From positions 544,001-608,000 of the forward strand of contig CAVUKB010000007.1 of the NCBI GenBank assembly GCA_963741955.1: 64,000 nt of DNA, given 5' to 3'. Each line of letters starts with the position of its first letter. Position 1 is the stretch's first letter. The notes under the pieces were generated by a model that ran no database searches, was not told where the DNA came from, and saw only the letters and a program-made list of their open reading frames with translations. The DNA is from an uncultured Acidobacteriota bacterium. Lineage in GTDB: Bacteria; Acidobacteriota; Thermoanaerobaculia; Gp7-AA8. This document shows, in pieces, positions 21,098-30,584 of this stretch. A program made the position numbers and the translations under genes.

Positions 21098-22504
21098 CCT
21101 GTCGCGTCAAATTAAAATCTGACTTTAGGGGGGATCGTCGCGTCAGATTGGATCTGACCGAAGGGGGTCGTTGGTTTGGCTTCTTAGACGCTGGCATCGG
21201 TGGACCTCGGGGTGGTGGCGTCCTCCCCCTCGAGGGGGAGGATCGAGGAGGGGGTGCGACGGTTCAGAGAGCGTGCTCGCGTCGAGCTTTTTCCGTTGAG
21301 GTGGTGAACGCGGGCGAGCTTTCGTTCGATGATGTCGGATAGTTCGAAGGGGTTGAGCGTCGCACGGAGCGCAGCGAGACGGGCGAGCTCGGGAGAACGC
21401 GGATTGTCGGCGAGGAGGCGATCGAGGGGCGTGCGGGGCGCATCGTAGACGCGCCGTGTACGAGAGCCGATTCGTTCCTTCCGGATGAGCTTCACCGAGG
21501 GCTGAAACAGGTTCATCATCAGCCGCCACTCCTTCGCATAGAGATCGTTCAACGCGTCCACGGCCGCACGGGTATCGATCCGCTCCCAGCCTACGAGCCG
21601 TCGGACGTGGGTCCAGTTCTTCTGCTCGATGTGCGCGTTGTCGTCTTTCTTGTACGGCCGTCCCCGGGTGAACTGAACCTTGTTGCGGAGGCAGTACCGA
21701 TAGAGATGACCGTTGATGAACTCACTGCCGTTGTCAGAGTCGATTCCGAGAAGACGGAAGGGCAGTGCAACCCGGATCCATTCGATCGCCGCGACGATAC
21801 CGGTCTGGGCTTTACTCAGAACCGCCCGGGTCTCGGTCCATGTCGAGTGGATGTCGGTGAAGTTCAGTGAGTGGGCGAACTCGCCATCGGCACACGGCCC
21901 GGAGTGCGACACCAGATCGATCTCACACCAGCCGGGATCCTGGACATCCCACCGATCGGTGCGGATCGGGATGTGATGCTTGAGAAGCGTGCCGGGCTTG
22001 GTTCGACCGTAGAGCTTCCGCCGATCCGCCGTCCGCCGCTCTCGCAGGTAGCGGTCGATCGATCGTGGGCTGATCTCGAGCACGGCCTGCTCGACCTCTG
22101 AGGATAGATTCTTCACGTACGGCAGCCACAACCGGAGCATCGATTTGAGCCTCACCGACCATGGATAATCGGCCGCTTCCCAGATGCCCTCGAGCACGTC
22201 GATCACCGCGGCCGAATACTTCTTCTTCCGTCCAGGTCGTCCCCGCCTCCGGCCGTTCTTCTCAGGCGGGTTGCGGAGCAATGAGATCGCATACTTGCGG
22301 TTCAGCCCCGCTGCCATGCAGAACGCGTCGAGGATCATCGCTTTCTCCTTCCGCCCTGCCTTCCGGTATCGTTCCGAGAGTCGCCGTGCCTGTTCGTGTC
22401 GATCTTTCGCCTTCATCGCACCCTCCCCCGCAGAGGATGCCCCGGTCAGATTCTTTTTGGCGCGACGATTCTCCCTTCGGTCAGATTTAGTTTGGCGCGA
22501 TACG
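21098..22504 (-). mobile_element. IS with rve/DDE transposase (ISNCY/IS481-like); ends approximate
   Basis: Each end has two copies of TCGCG(T/C)CA...ATCTGAC(CG) in inverted orientation; possible 4-bp flanking DR AAGG. Confidence 0.75.
21184..22416 (-). CDS. Integrase-core (rve) DDE transposase
   Basis: CEIDLVSH, IDSDNGSEF, TRGRPYKKDDNAHIEQKN; GAGG RBS before MKAKD. Confidence 0.9.
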   Translation of the reverse strand: MKAKDRHEQARRLSERYRKAGRKEKAMILDAFCMAAGLNRKYAISLLRNPPEKNGRRRGRPGRKKKYSAAVIDVLEGIWEAADYPWSVRLKSMLRLWLPYVKNLSSEVEQAVLEISPRSIDRYLRERRTADRRKLYGRTKPGTLLKHHIPIRTDRWDVQDPGWCEIDLVSHSGPCADGEFAHSLNFTDIHSTWTETRAVLSKAQTGIVAAIEWIRVALPFRLLGIDSDNGSEFINGHLYRYCLRNKVQFTRGRPYKKDDNAHIEQKNWTHVRRLVGWERIDTRAAVDALNDLYAKEWRLMMNLFQPSVKLIRKERIGSRTRRVYDAPRTPLDRLLADNPRSPELARLAALRATLNPFELSDIIERKLARVHHLNGKSSTRARSLNRRTPSSILPLEGEDATTPRSTDASV

Positions 22505-22707
22505 AAGGTTCCAGAATGCTGCCAACCGGCGTACACTCATGCGGAGTCTGCCTCGCAGAAGCCTTCCGGACTCCGCTCTCCTTCCCGCTGCTGCAACGAA
22601 GCGGTCCCTCTCGTTGTTCCATGCGGAGACCCATGTGCGCGATCGCATCGCGTGGTGATGCGCAGACCACGTTCCGAAAGCGCGGCGCGCTGTGTAGACT
22701 CCCGGAG

Positions 22708-25455
22708 ATGTTGTGGCGCATTGTTCCGGCGGTGGTGGCCGTTCTCGTTTTCGTCGTTCCGGCAGCCCGAGGAGGGCTCGGATTCGGGAGCGTACGGGCA
22801 GTGGTGCGGACGGAGAACGGATCCCGCATCGCCGGCGCCACCGTGGTGATCGAAGGCGACGCCGTGATCCGGAGAGCCAGGACCGACGCCTCCGGTGTGA
22901 TCGAGATCTTCGAGCTTCCGCCCGGGAAGTTTTCGATGATGGCCCAGGCGCCCGGCTACACCACGATGATCCGGACGAGCATCGCGATCGCCCCGGATCA
23001 CCAGACCACGTTGCAGTTCATCCTTCGCCGTTCGGATCTGGAAGAGACGATCACCACCACCGCCGCGCCGGCGATCCTCGACCGGAGCCGCAGGGGAGTG
23101 GGGACGACGATACCGAGAGCGGAGCTCGAATCACTCCCGGTGCAGCCGCTGCTTCCGGATTGGATCGAGCAGGCTCCTTCTCTCGTCACGTTCTGGGGAA
23201 GGTTCGGCGAAGACGATCTCAGATTCAGTTCACTCGGCGCACCCGAGGGCTCGGCGACGTGGCTCTATGACGGAACGGAACTGAACGGCACGACCGGAGG
23301 AACCGTCCCATGGTGGATCGGTTCGCCCGCTCTCGGTGAGGAGCTTCGGTTGAATGCGGCGGGTTCCGATCCCGAGCGGCCGACGGCGGGCGCGGTGATC
23401 GAGCTCTCGACCCGTCGGGGAACCGAGGAGCGCTCAGGCTCGGTGGCGCTCTCGCTGGGACGTGGAACGGGCGGTGGCTCGGCGGCGCACGACCCGATCG
23501 GGCGGCTCCGGTACGCAGTGGACGCCGCGGTCGAGTGGGGCGGCACACTGGTGCCGGAGCGATCGTGGTGGTGGGTCGGTCTCGCCCGCCACGAAGTGCG
23601 GCACGAGCTTCGTCCGGGCGACGGGGAGACTCTGCGAATTGCGAAGGGTGGGATCGGGAACGCCGACGTGCGAGTCGACTTCGAACCGGGGAAAAGCGAC
23701 TCCGCGACACTCCTGTTCCGCAAGTCGCAGCGGGATGAGATTCCCGTCGGCGCGGGCGCTCTCCGAAGCGTCGAGTCGGCCTTCGATCTCGACGATGATG
23801 CGGAGATCCTCAGCGCACGGGGGGCGCATCTCTTAGGATCGGGATGGCTCGCGTCCGGGCGGTGGTCCGCAGCGAGCGTCGAGACGGACCGCACCCCGCT
23901 CTCCGCATCCCGCGGAATGATCGTCGACGGCCGTCGCACCGGAGGAAGCTCGAACAATGACTCGAGATCCTCTCAAACCGCGGCCGTCGTCGCCGTCGAA
24001 GGAACCGCCGGGCGAGGTTCGCATTTTCACCGCATCGAGCTCGAGCTCGGACGCCGGAAGCTCGGCGAGCACCGTGCGTTCGGCATCGCCGGGGATGGTG
24101 TGACAGGCATCATCGAAGGTGACCGGCTGATCGCGGAGGCGGCCCAGCCTTCGCAGCTCGCCGGACGATTCACTTACGATCACGCAGTCGTCGGCGACGT
24201 CTTCGAAACTGAAAACGTGGCCCTTTCCGCGGGGCTTCGGATCGACCGGCAAAGGATCGCGCTTGCCGGAAGCACCAATGCGACGCCGTGGGTCGCGGCG
24301 CACGATCTCGTCGCCGCGGAGCCCGGCCGGACTGCAACGGCGGTCTCTCCCCGCCTCTCTCTCACCTCCACGGTGGGGTCGACCCGCAGGACGGTGCTCA
24401 TCGCATCGTGGTCCCGCTATGCCGGGCGATTCGACGAGCGCGTCTTCCCCGGCCGGCCATCCTCGGCGTTCGTGCCGTGGAGCGACTCGAATGGAGATGG
24501 CGTACCGGACCAGGACGAGCTGAATTTCGGCGCAGCCACTCCCGGGAATCTCTTCGACCCCGAACGTCCGTCCTCGCCGTCTCTCCGCATCGGTCGCGGC
24601 CTCGAGCTCCCGCGCACTGACGAGATACTCCTCGGCGGCGAATTCGAGATCTCGCGCGATTTCACTGCGGGGATTCACTGGACCGGGCGACGCTTCGCAC
24701 GAGCAATCGCACCGCGGTTCGAGAAGAGCGGCGGGGGAGGAGCGTACGACCGGCAGGACTTCGAGGCCGATGGCATCCTCTCCGGCACCACGCCGGACGG
24801 GATCTCGTGGCAGCTCCCGCGCTACGTCCTCCGGCCGGGGAGCGTTCCGGTGGTGGATCAGGTGATCCGGAACGTCGAGGGACGCGAAGATTTTCAGCAG
24901 GTCCGCTTCGACGTGACGAAGCGTCTTTCGAGCGGATGGATGCTCCGGGCGTGGACGACGTGGAGAGGTGTGGATGGGTCGGCCGATCTGGCACCGACCG
25001 CGCGCGCGTCGCTCGCGGAGATGCTCTGGGGGCGAAACGATGCGTGGGTGGCGAGGCCCGCAGGGAACGGCATCGCGTGGGGCGTGAGCGGATTGCTGCA
25101 CGTGCCGTTCGTCGGCCTCGACTTCGGTCTCGTCGCGCACGGCGATGGAGGAACGCGCGTGCCGTGGCTGGTGTCGTACCGCGATCCATCGGTCGGTGAG
25201 ATCGACGTGCCGGTGGGATACGCCACCGTCGGCGCAGGGCCGCGGTTCGATCTCGGCGTCGGTCACCAGTGGCCGCTGCGCGATCACCCCTTCCGTCTCG
25301 ACCTCCAGATCCTCAACGTGGCGGACCGGCGCTCGGTGCTCGAGCGGCAGACGCGGCTCGCGTCCGGCGAGCTCCCTCTCGCCGAAGCGGGCGCCGTCGA
25401 CCGTGTGAGTGCGGGGCGCGAGGTGCGTCTGTCGTTGCGGTACACGACCAGGTGA
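22708..25455 (+). CDS. Divergent TonB-dependent-receptor-like outer membrane protein
   Basis: Signal peptide, carboxypeptidase-regulatory-like N-domain, beta-strand motifs (LSAGLRID, SPRLS, DSNGDG, LQILNVAD). Confidence 0.7.
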   Translation: MLWRIVPAVVAVLVFVVPAARGGLGFGSVRAVVRTENGSRIAGATVVIEGDAVIRRARTDASGVIEIFELPPGKFSMMAQAPGYTTMIRTSIAIAPDHQTTLQFILRRSDLEETITTTAAPAILDRSRRGVGTTIPRAELESLPVQPLLPDWIEQAPSLVTFWGRFGEDDLRFSSLGAPEGSATWLYDGTELNGTTGGTVPWWIGSPALGEELRLNAAGSDPERPTAGAVIELSTRRGTEERSGSVALSLGRGTGGGSAAHDPIGRLRYAVDAAVEWGGTLVPERSWWWVGLARHEVRHELRPGDGETLRIAKGGIGNADVRVDFEPGKSDSATLLFRKSQRDEIPVGAGALRSVESAFDLDDDAEILSARGAHLLGSGWLASGRWSAASVETDRTPLSASRGMIVDGRRTGGSSNNDSRSSQTAAVVAVEGTAGRGSHFHRIELELGRRKLGEHRAFGIAGDGVTGIIEGDRLIAEAAQPSQLAGRFTYDHAVVGDVFETENVALSAGLRIDRQRIALAGSTNATPWVAAHDLVAAEPGRTATAVSPRLSLTSTVGSTRRTVLIASWSRYAGRFDERVFPGRPSSAFVPWSDSNGDGVPDQDELNFGAATPGNLFDPERPSSPSLRIGRGLELPRTDEILLGGEFEISRDFTAGIHWTGRRFARAIAPRFEKSGGGGAYDRQDFEADGILSGTTPDGISWQLPRYVLRPGSVPVVDQVIRNVEGREDFQQVRFDVTKRLSSGWMLRAWTTWRGVDGSADLAPTARASLAEMLWGRNDAWVARPAGNGIAWGVSGLLHVPFVGLDFGLVAHGDGGTRVPWLVSYRDPSVGEIDVPVGYATVGAGPRFDLGVGHQWPLRDHPFRLDLQILNVADRRSVLERQTRLASGELPLAEAGAVDRVSAGREVRLSLRYTTR

Positions 25456-25637
25456 GAATAACGTTCTGAAAATCGAGCGACTCGCCGTCTTTTATTCTGC
25501 GTAGCGAACAAGATCAGAACAAAGTTTCTGTTGCGCACGTCATGGCGAGAGGTTATGACTTCCTGTCGGACCTGTCGGACGCTCCGGCGAAACGACGCGG
25601 GTTTCGCCGGCTTCTCGCCGCGCTCCGCCCGCGAATA

Positions 25638-25666
25638 TTGACGCCCCGGGAGTCGTTCATTAGACT
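25638..25666 (+). promoter_or_regulatory. Sigma70 promoter of tRNA-Cys
   Basis: TTGACG-N17-TAGACT followed by a GC-rich discriminator. Confidence 0.8.
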
Positions 25667-25677
25667 GCGCCCGGTCT

Positions 25678-25752
<75 letters not shown>

Positions 25753-25868
25753 ACCTCCTCCTCCTTCTCGCCTCGAGCCGAACCCGCGTACGAAGCGATG
25801 GTTCAGCCATTGCACGCCCGGGCTGGTGCCGGTAAGGTGCCCCATCATCCGATCAGAGGAGGTTTCCG

Positions 25869-27593
25869 ATGAGCGTCGACACGCCCCTGAAAACCGAGAC
25901 CGAACAGCTTCATGAGCTTTTCGAACGGGAGTGGGAGTGGACTCTGCGCGAGTACCCCACGTTCGCGACGTTCGTCGGTGACCGGCGCTACAACGACCGA
26001 TGGCCGGACGAGTCGCCGGAGTCGTACGACCGGCGCCGTGCGCACATGCGCGAAGTCCTCGGCGCGCTCACTTCGATCGACCGGGAGAAGCTCTCCGCCA
26101 CCGACAAGCTCAATCGCGATCTCTTCGCACACCTGGTGGAGAGCGCGGTGGAAGGAGAGCGGTTCCGCGAGGAGTATTTCCCGATCAACCAGATGCAGGG
26201 GCTGCAGCAGGACGTGGCGAACCTGATCCAGCTCACCCCTCTCGCCTCGACGAAAGACTTCGAGGACCTGATCACGCGGCTCGAATCCTTTGCCCCGGTG
26301 GTGGATCAGACCATCGATCTGATGCGGCGCGGCCTGGAGTCGGGAATCACGCCGCCGCAGATCACGCTGCGCGATGTCCCCGCACAGATCGAAAGCCAGA
26401 TCGTCGGCGATCCTCACGACGCGCCGATCTACCGGCTCGCGTTCGCGCGCTTCCCGGCCTCGGTGTCGAAAGCCGATCAGGAGCGGCTGAAGAAAGAGGG
26501 AGCGGACGCCCTCGCCCGGCGGGTCATCCCGGCCTACCGGAAGCTCGCGGAGTTTTTCACCGGCGAATATCTGCCGAAGACGCGCGAGAGCATCGCCCTC
26601 TCCGATCTCCCGGAAGGGCGTGACTGGTACCGCTATCGCGCGAAAGTGACTACGACCACCGATCTGTCGCCCGACGAGATTCACGACATCGGGCTCTCGG
26701 AAGTCGCACGGATTCGGGACGAGATGGTGCGGGTCAAGGAGGGAACGGAGTTCGACGGCGACATGGAGGCGTTCTTCCGGTTTCTCCGCAGCGACCCCCG
26801 GTTCTTCTTCACCGAAAAGGAAGCACTCCTGGTCGCCTACCGCGACATCGCGAAGCGGATCGATCCGGAACTGCCGCGCCTCTTCGGCAAGCTGCCGCGA
26901 CTTCCGTACGGCGTCCTTCCGGTTCCCGAATACGCAGAGAAGAGCCAGACCACCGCGTACTACTATCCGGGATCGGTCGACGCCGGGCGTCCGGGCTACT
27001 TCTTCGCGAACACTTACGATCTCCCGTCCAGACCTCGCTGGGAAATGGAAGCCCTGACCCTCCACGAAGCGGTCCCGGGGCATCACCTGCAGCTCGCCCT
27101 CGCTGGTGAGATGGAGAATGTCCCCGAGTTTCGGCGTCACGACACCGGCAACACGGCGTACGTCGAGGGATGGGGTCTGTACGCCGAGTCACTGGGCGAG
27201 GAGCTCGGTCTGTACCGCGATCCATACGCGAAGTTCGGCCGGCTCACGTACGAGATCTGGCGTGCGATCCGGCTGGTCGTCGACACCGGGATGCACTGGA
27301 AGGGATGGTCGCGCCAGCAGGCGATCGACTACTTCGTCGAGAACGCCGGGAAGGCTTCGCACGACATCGAAGTGGAGATCGACCGCTATATCGTCTGGCC
27401 CGGTCAGGCGCTGGCGTACAAGATCGGCGAGCTGAAATTCCAGGAGCTGCGCCGGCGCGCGTCGTCGACGCTCGGCGATCGATTCGACATCCGTGCGTTC
27501 CACGACTTCGTTCTCGGTTCAGGCGCACTTCCCCTCGATATCCTGGAGAGTCGTGCGGGTGAATGGCTCGAGGCGCATAGCCGCCCGGAGTAA
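25869..27593 (+). CDS. DUF885 family protein (putative metallopeptidase fold)
   Basis: HEAVPGHHLQ, YVEGWGLYAE, RLVVDTGMH, PGQALAYKIG. Confidence 0.93.
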   Translation: MSVDTPLKTETEQLHELFEREWEWTLREYPTFATFVGDRRYNDRWPDESPESYDRRRAHMREVLGALTSIDREKLSATDKLNRDLFAHLVESAVEGERFREEYFPINQMQGLQQDVANLIQLTPLASTKDFEDLITRLESFAPVVDQTIDLMRRGLESGITPPQITLRDVPAQIESQIVGDPHDAPIYRLAFARFPASVSKADQERLKKEGADALARRVIPAYRKLAEFFTGEYLPKTRESIALSDLPEGRDWYRYRAKVTTTTDLSPDEIHDIGLSEVARIRDEMVRVKEGTEFDGDMEAFFRFLRSDPRFFFTEKEALLVAYRDIAKRIDPELPRLFGKLPRLPYGVLPVPEYAEKSQTTAYYYPGSVDAGRPGYFFANTYDLPSRPRWEMEALTLHEAVPGHHLQLALAGEMENVPEFRRHDTGNTAYVEGWGLYAESLGEELGLYRDPYAKFGRLTYEIWRAIRLVVDTGMHWKGWSRQQAIDYFVENAGKASHDIEVEIDRYIVWPGQALAYKIGELKFQELRRRASSTLGDRFDIRAFHDFVLGSGALPLDILESRAGEWLEAHSRPE

Positions 27594-27676
27594 CGCGCGT
27601 TTCGCCGGCGCGTGGATCTGGACGCATCCGGACGAAAGGTGCAGGATGGTGTCGGCATCGGCCGGGAGGAGGTCCC

Positions 27677-28135
27677 ATGCGTACGAGACTCGTTCCACTC
27701 GCACTCGTCCTGCTCGCGTTCGCACTCTCCGGCTGCGCGAGCCATGGCGTTCAGCAGATCCATCCCGAAGTCGACATCGCCCAGGTCTCGACTCCGGTCT
27801 TCCAGCTCGAGCACGCCGGATATCTCTCGATCCAGTTCGAGCTGGCAGTCAAGAACATCCGCGAAGAGCCGGTCGTCCTGAAACGGGTCGAGCTGCGGAC
27901 GACGTCCGATTCTCCTTACGTGCTCCGCCGGCAGCCGACTCTGTTCAACCGCCCGATCCCACCGCACGTGACGGACTACGTCCGCTTCTCCGTCGATGCC
28001 TATTCGTACGGCGGGAGAGCAGCCGGCGATTTTCCGGCGACGGTACAGGGAACCGCAATCTTCGACTCCGAAGAGGGGACGATCCGGGTGCCGTTCCAGC
28101 GGTTGCTGCGCCCCGCGTCGCACCAGAGAGACTGA
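27677..28135 (+). CDS. Lipoprotein; paralog of 5511-5984
   Basis: Lipobox LSGC; GGAGG RBS. Confidence 0.78.
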   Translation: MRTRLVPLALVLLAFALSGCASHGVQQIHPEVDIAQVSTPVFQLEHAGYLSIQFELAVKNIREEPVVLKRVELRTTSDSPYVLRRQPTLFNRPIPPHVTDYVRFSVDAYSYGGRAAGDFPATVQGTAIFDSEEGTIRVPFQRLLRPASHQRD

Positions 28136-28189
28136 GATCCTGCGGTCGCATCCTCCGACCCGGCGGGGATCGCACTCTTTCGAGGTGGG

Positions 28190-28356
28190 CTAGGAGTCTG
28201 CGCGATAGAAACGTCCGTAGCGAGAAAGCGGAGCAACGAGGCCAAATTCGTTCGGATTTGAGGTGCGTAGCGGTGGCTACTCGCCGAAAATCCGGGCGGA
28301 TTTGGACCGTTGATCCGCTTTCGCAGTAGGACAGTTTCTACCGCGCAGACTCCTAG
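28190..28356. mobile_element. MITE copy 1 (159-bp core flanked by CTAG on both sides)
   Basis: Terminal IR GAGTCTGCGCGnTAGAAAC; identical to 35280-35446. Confidence 0.92.
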
Positions 28357-28363
28357 CCCACGG

Positions 28364-29661
28364 CTAGCCCCGATTTCCGTAATTCAGTACCAGCTCGGTC
28401 ATTGCGCGGACTCCGTAGACGAGCCCTGACTCGTCGACATAGAAGCGCGGCGAATGATTCGGTGCGGCTTCGTCGGCATTCTCTCCCTTCGGTGTGACTC
28501 CGATGAAGAAGAAGAGCCCCGGGACTTCCTTCGCGAAGAAGGAGAAGTCTTCGGCGCCGAGGACCGGAGGGATGATGCTGATCTCGTCGGCGACGTCTTT
28601 CAGTACCGGCATCATCTTCCCGGTGAGGGCGGGATCGTTGTAGGTGACCGGATAGCCGGGGGTGATCTTCACGTCTGCGGTGGCTCCGGCGCTCTCGGCG
28701 ATCCGCTCGGCGGTACGCTTCACCCGTTCGTGAATCTGGTTCCGCATACCGTCGTCGAGGGAGCGGAGGGTTCCCTCCATTTCGACGTCGTCGGGGATGA
28801 TGTTGTTGCGCACTCCTCCGTGGATCTCGCCGATGGTGACGATGGCGGGAGCGATGGTGGAGTCGAGCTGCCGGCTGGGGATGGTCTGCAGCCCGAGGAT
28901 GATCTGCGAGGAGACGACGATCGGGTCGACGCCGCGCCACGGGTACGCGCCGTGGGTCTGTTTTCCGTGGACGCTGATGTGGAGAGAGTCGACCGCGGCG
29001 AGGAGGCTGCCCGGACGGAGGGCGAACGTTCCCACCGGATAGAGCGACGAGACGTGCAGCCCGAAGACGACTTCAGGCCGGGGATTCCGGAGCGCACCCT
29101 CCTTGACCATCAGTTCGGCGCCCCCTTCCTCTCCCGCCGGCGCTCCTTCTTCGGCAGGCTGGAAGAGGAAGACGATCGTGCCGGGAAGCTCGGCGCGGTT
29201 TTCGGCGAGGACCTTCGCGACGCCCATCAGGATCGCGACATGCGTGTCGTGACCGCAGGCGTGCATCACGCCGACCTCATGGCCGTCGTAGGTGGTGCGC
29301 ACTTTCGAAGCGAACGGCACATCGACCTGCTCGACCACCGGAAGTGCGTCCATGTCCGCGCGAAGCGCGATGACGGGTCCGGGCTTCCCCCCTTCAGTAC
29401 GCCGACGACTCCGGTGTGTGCGACGCCGGTGCGGACGTCGATGCCGAGACTCTTCAGGTGCTCGGCGACGAGCTTCGAGGTGCGGAGCTCGCGGTTGCTC
29501 AGCTCCGGGTGCTCGTGGATGTCCCGCCGCCACTGGATGACCTGAGGCATGACGGCTTCGATCGACTTCTCGAACTTCTGCGGCATGGTGGGTGGCTCCT
29601 GTGCGAACGCGGTGGTGGTGAAGAGGAGGAGAGCAGCGAGGGTGACGAGCGAGGGTTTCAT
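28364..29661 (-). pseudogene. Secreted M20D amidohydrolase with a single-base frameshift (real or sequencing error)
   Basis: N-terminal ORF (signal peptide, RRDIHEHPEL) and C-terminal ORF (RADMDAL, MHACGHD, FQPAEEG) join if the G6 tract at 29387-29392 is G7. Confidence 0.85.
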
Positions 29662-29679
29662 GGGCGGATATTGTGGCAC

Positions 29680-29738
29680 AGCCCGCATTTCTCACACCGT
29701 CTCGTCGCGAGAAGGCGGAGAGCAGCCTGGATGCAACG
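29680..29738 (+). repeat. Dispersed repeat family 2, copy A (MITE-end-like fragment)
   Basis: AGCCCGCATTTCTCACACCGTCTCGTCGCGAG...TGGATGCAA closely matches the reverse complement of 36183-36241. Confidence 0.8.
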
Positions 29739-29857
29739 TAGTAGACAGGCCGCTGGTACGACGGTCTCGGTCGCTCGGGATTCGCGAGAAGCGACGGATT
29801 GGCGGAACGTCAGGCGTCGCGGTCGGACGCGAGCGCCGACCCAACTGCTTCAGCGAG

Positions 29858-30526
29858 TCAGAGCCGTGCTTCGAGCTGGTCCATCCGGGTCTGGATCTCC
29901 GCGACGCGAATTCGGAGCGCTTCGATCTCCGGCTGAACCGAGTTGCGAAGAGCCTCGTCGATTGCCGCGGTCTGCGTTTCAAGGATCGAAATTCGATGCT
30001 CGAGCTGCTCCATTCGGCCTCGGAGCTCGATCATCTCCGAACGGAGATCGCGCATCGAGCCTCCGAGTCCGTCCATGCGAGTGTCGAGTCTCTCCATTCG
30101 GGTGTCGAGTCCGTCCATTCGGGTGTCGAGTCCGTCCATTCGGGTGTCGAGTCCGTCCATTCGGGTGTCGAGTCCGTCCATTCGGGTGTCGAGTCCGTCC
30201 ATTCGGGTGTCGAGTCTCTCCATTCGGGTGTCGAGTCCGTCCATGCGAGTGTCGAGTCTCTCCATTCGGGTCTCGACTGTCTCCATCCGGGTCTCGAGTC
30301 TCTCCATCCGGCTCTCGAGCCGTTGCATGCCGGCTCTGAGTGCCTGGATCTCGTCTCCATGCTGATCGAGCCGCTTGTAGACCGCATCGAAATGCGAAAG
30401 CATGTCGTCTCGCATCGAGGTGACGTTGCTCTGGAGTGCGTCGACACGATTCTCGATCCGTGCGAGGTCAGGCGCGACGAAGTCGCGGTGGAAACGAACC
30501 AGAACCTCCAGAATTTCGTCGGGCAT
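29858..30526 (-). CDS. Heptad-repeat coiled-coil protein
   Basis: About 13 M-x-x-L-x-x-R heptads (MDGLDTR/MERLDTR). Confidence 0.85.
   Translation of the reverse strand: MPDEILEVLVRFHRDFVAPDLARIENRVDALQSNVTSMRDDMLSHFDAVYKRLDQHGDEIQALRAGMQRLESRMERLETRMETVETRMERLDTRMDGLDTRMERLDTRMDGLDTRMDGLDTRMDGLDTRMDGLDTRMDGLDTRMERLDTRMDGLGGSMRDLRSEMIELRGRMEQLEHRISILETQTAAIDEALRNSVQPEIEALRIRVAEIQTRMDQLEARL
30065..30329. repeat. 21-bp coding tandem repeat (VNTR)
   Basis: Repeated GAGTCCGTCCATTCGGGTGTC. Confidence 0.95.
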
Positions 30527-30584
30527 GCTCGGTCATCCTACCTCGGGTGGCTCCGCTGCGGAAACCTTGCATCAGGGTCCGCCA

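Noticed and set aside
30065-30329. Possible CRISPR or DGR repeats
   Set aside because: Contiguous 21-bp coding repeats without spacers; no reverse transcriptase gene
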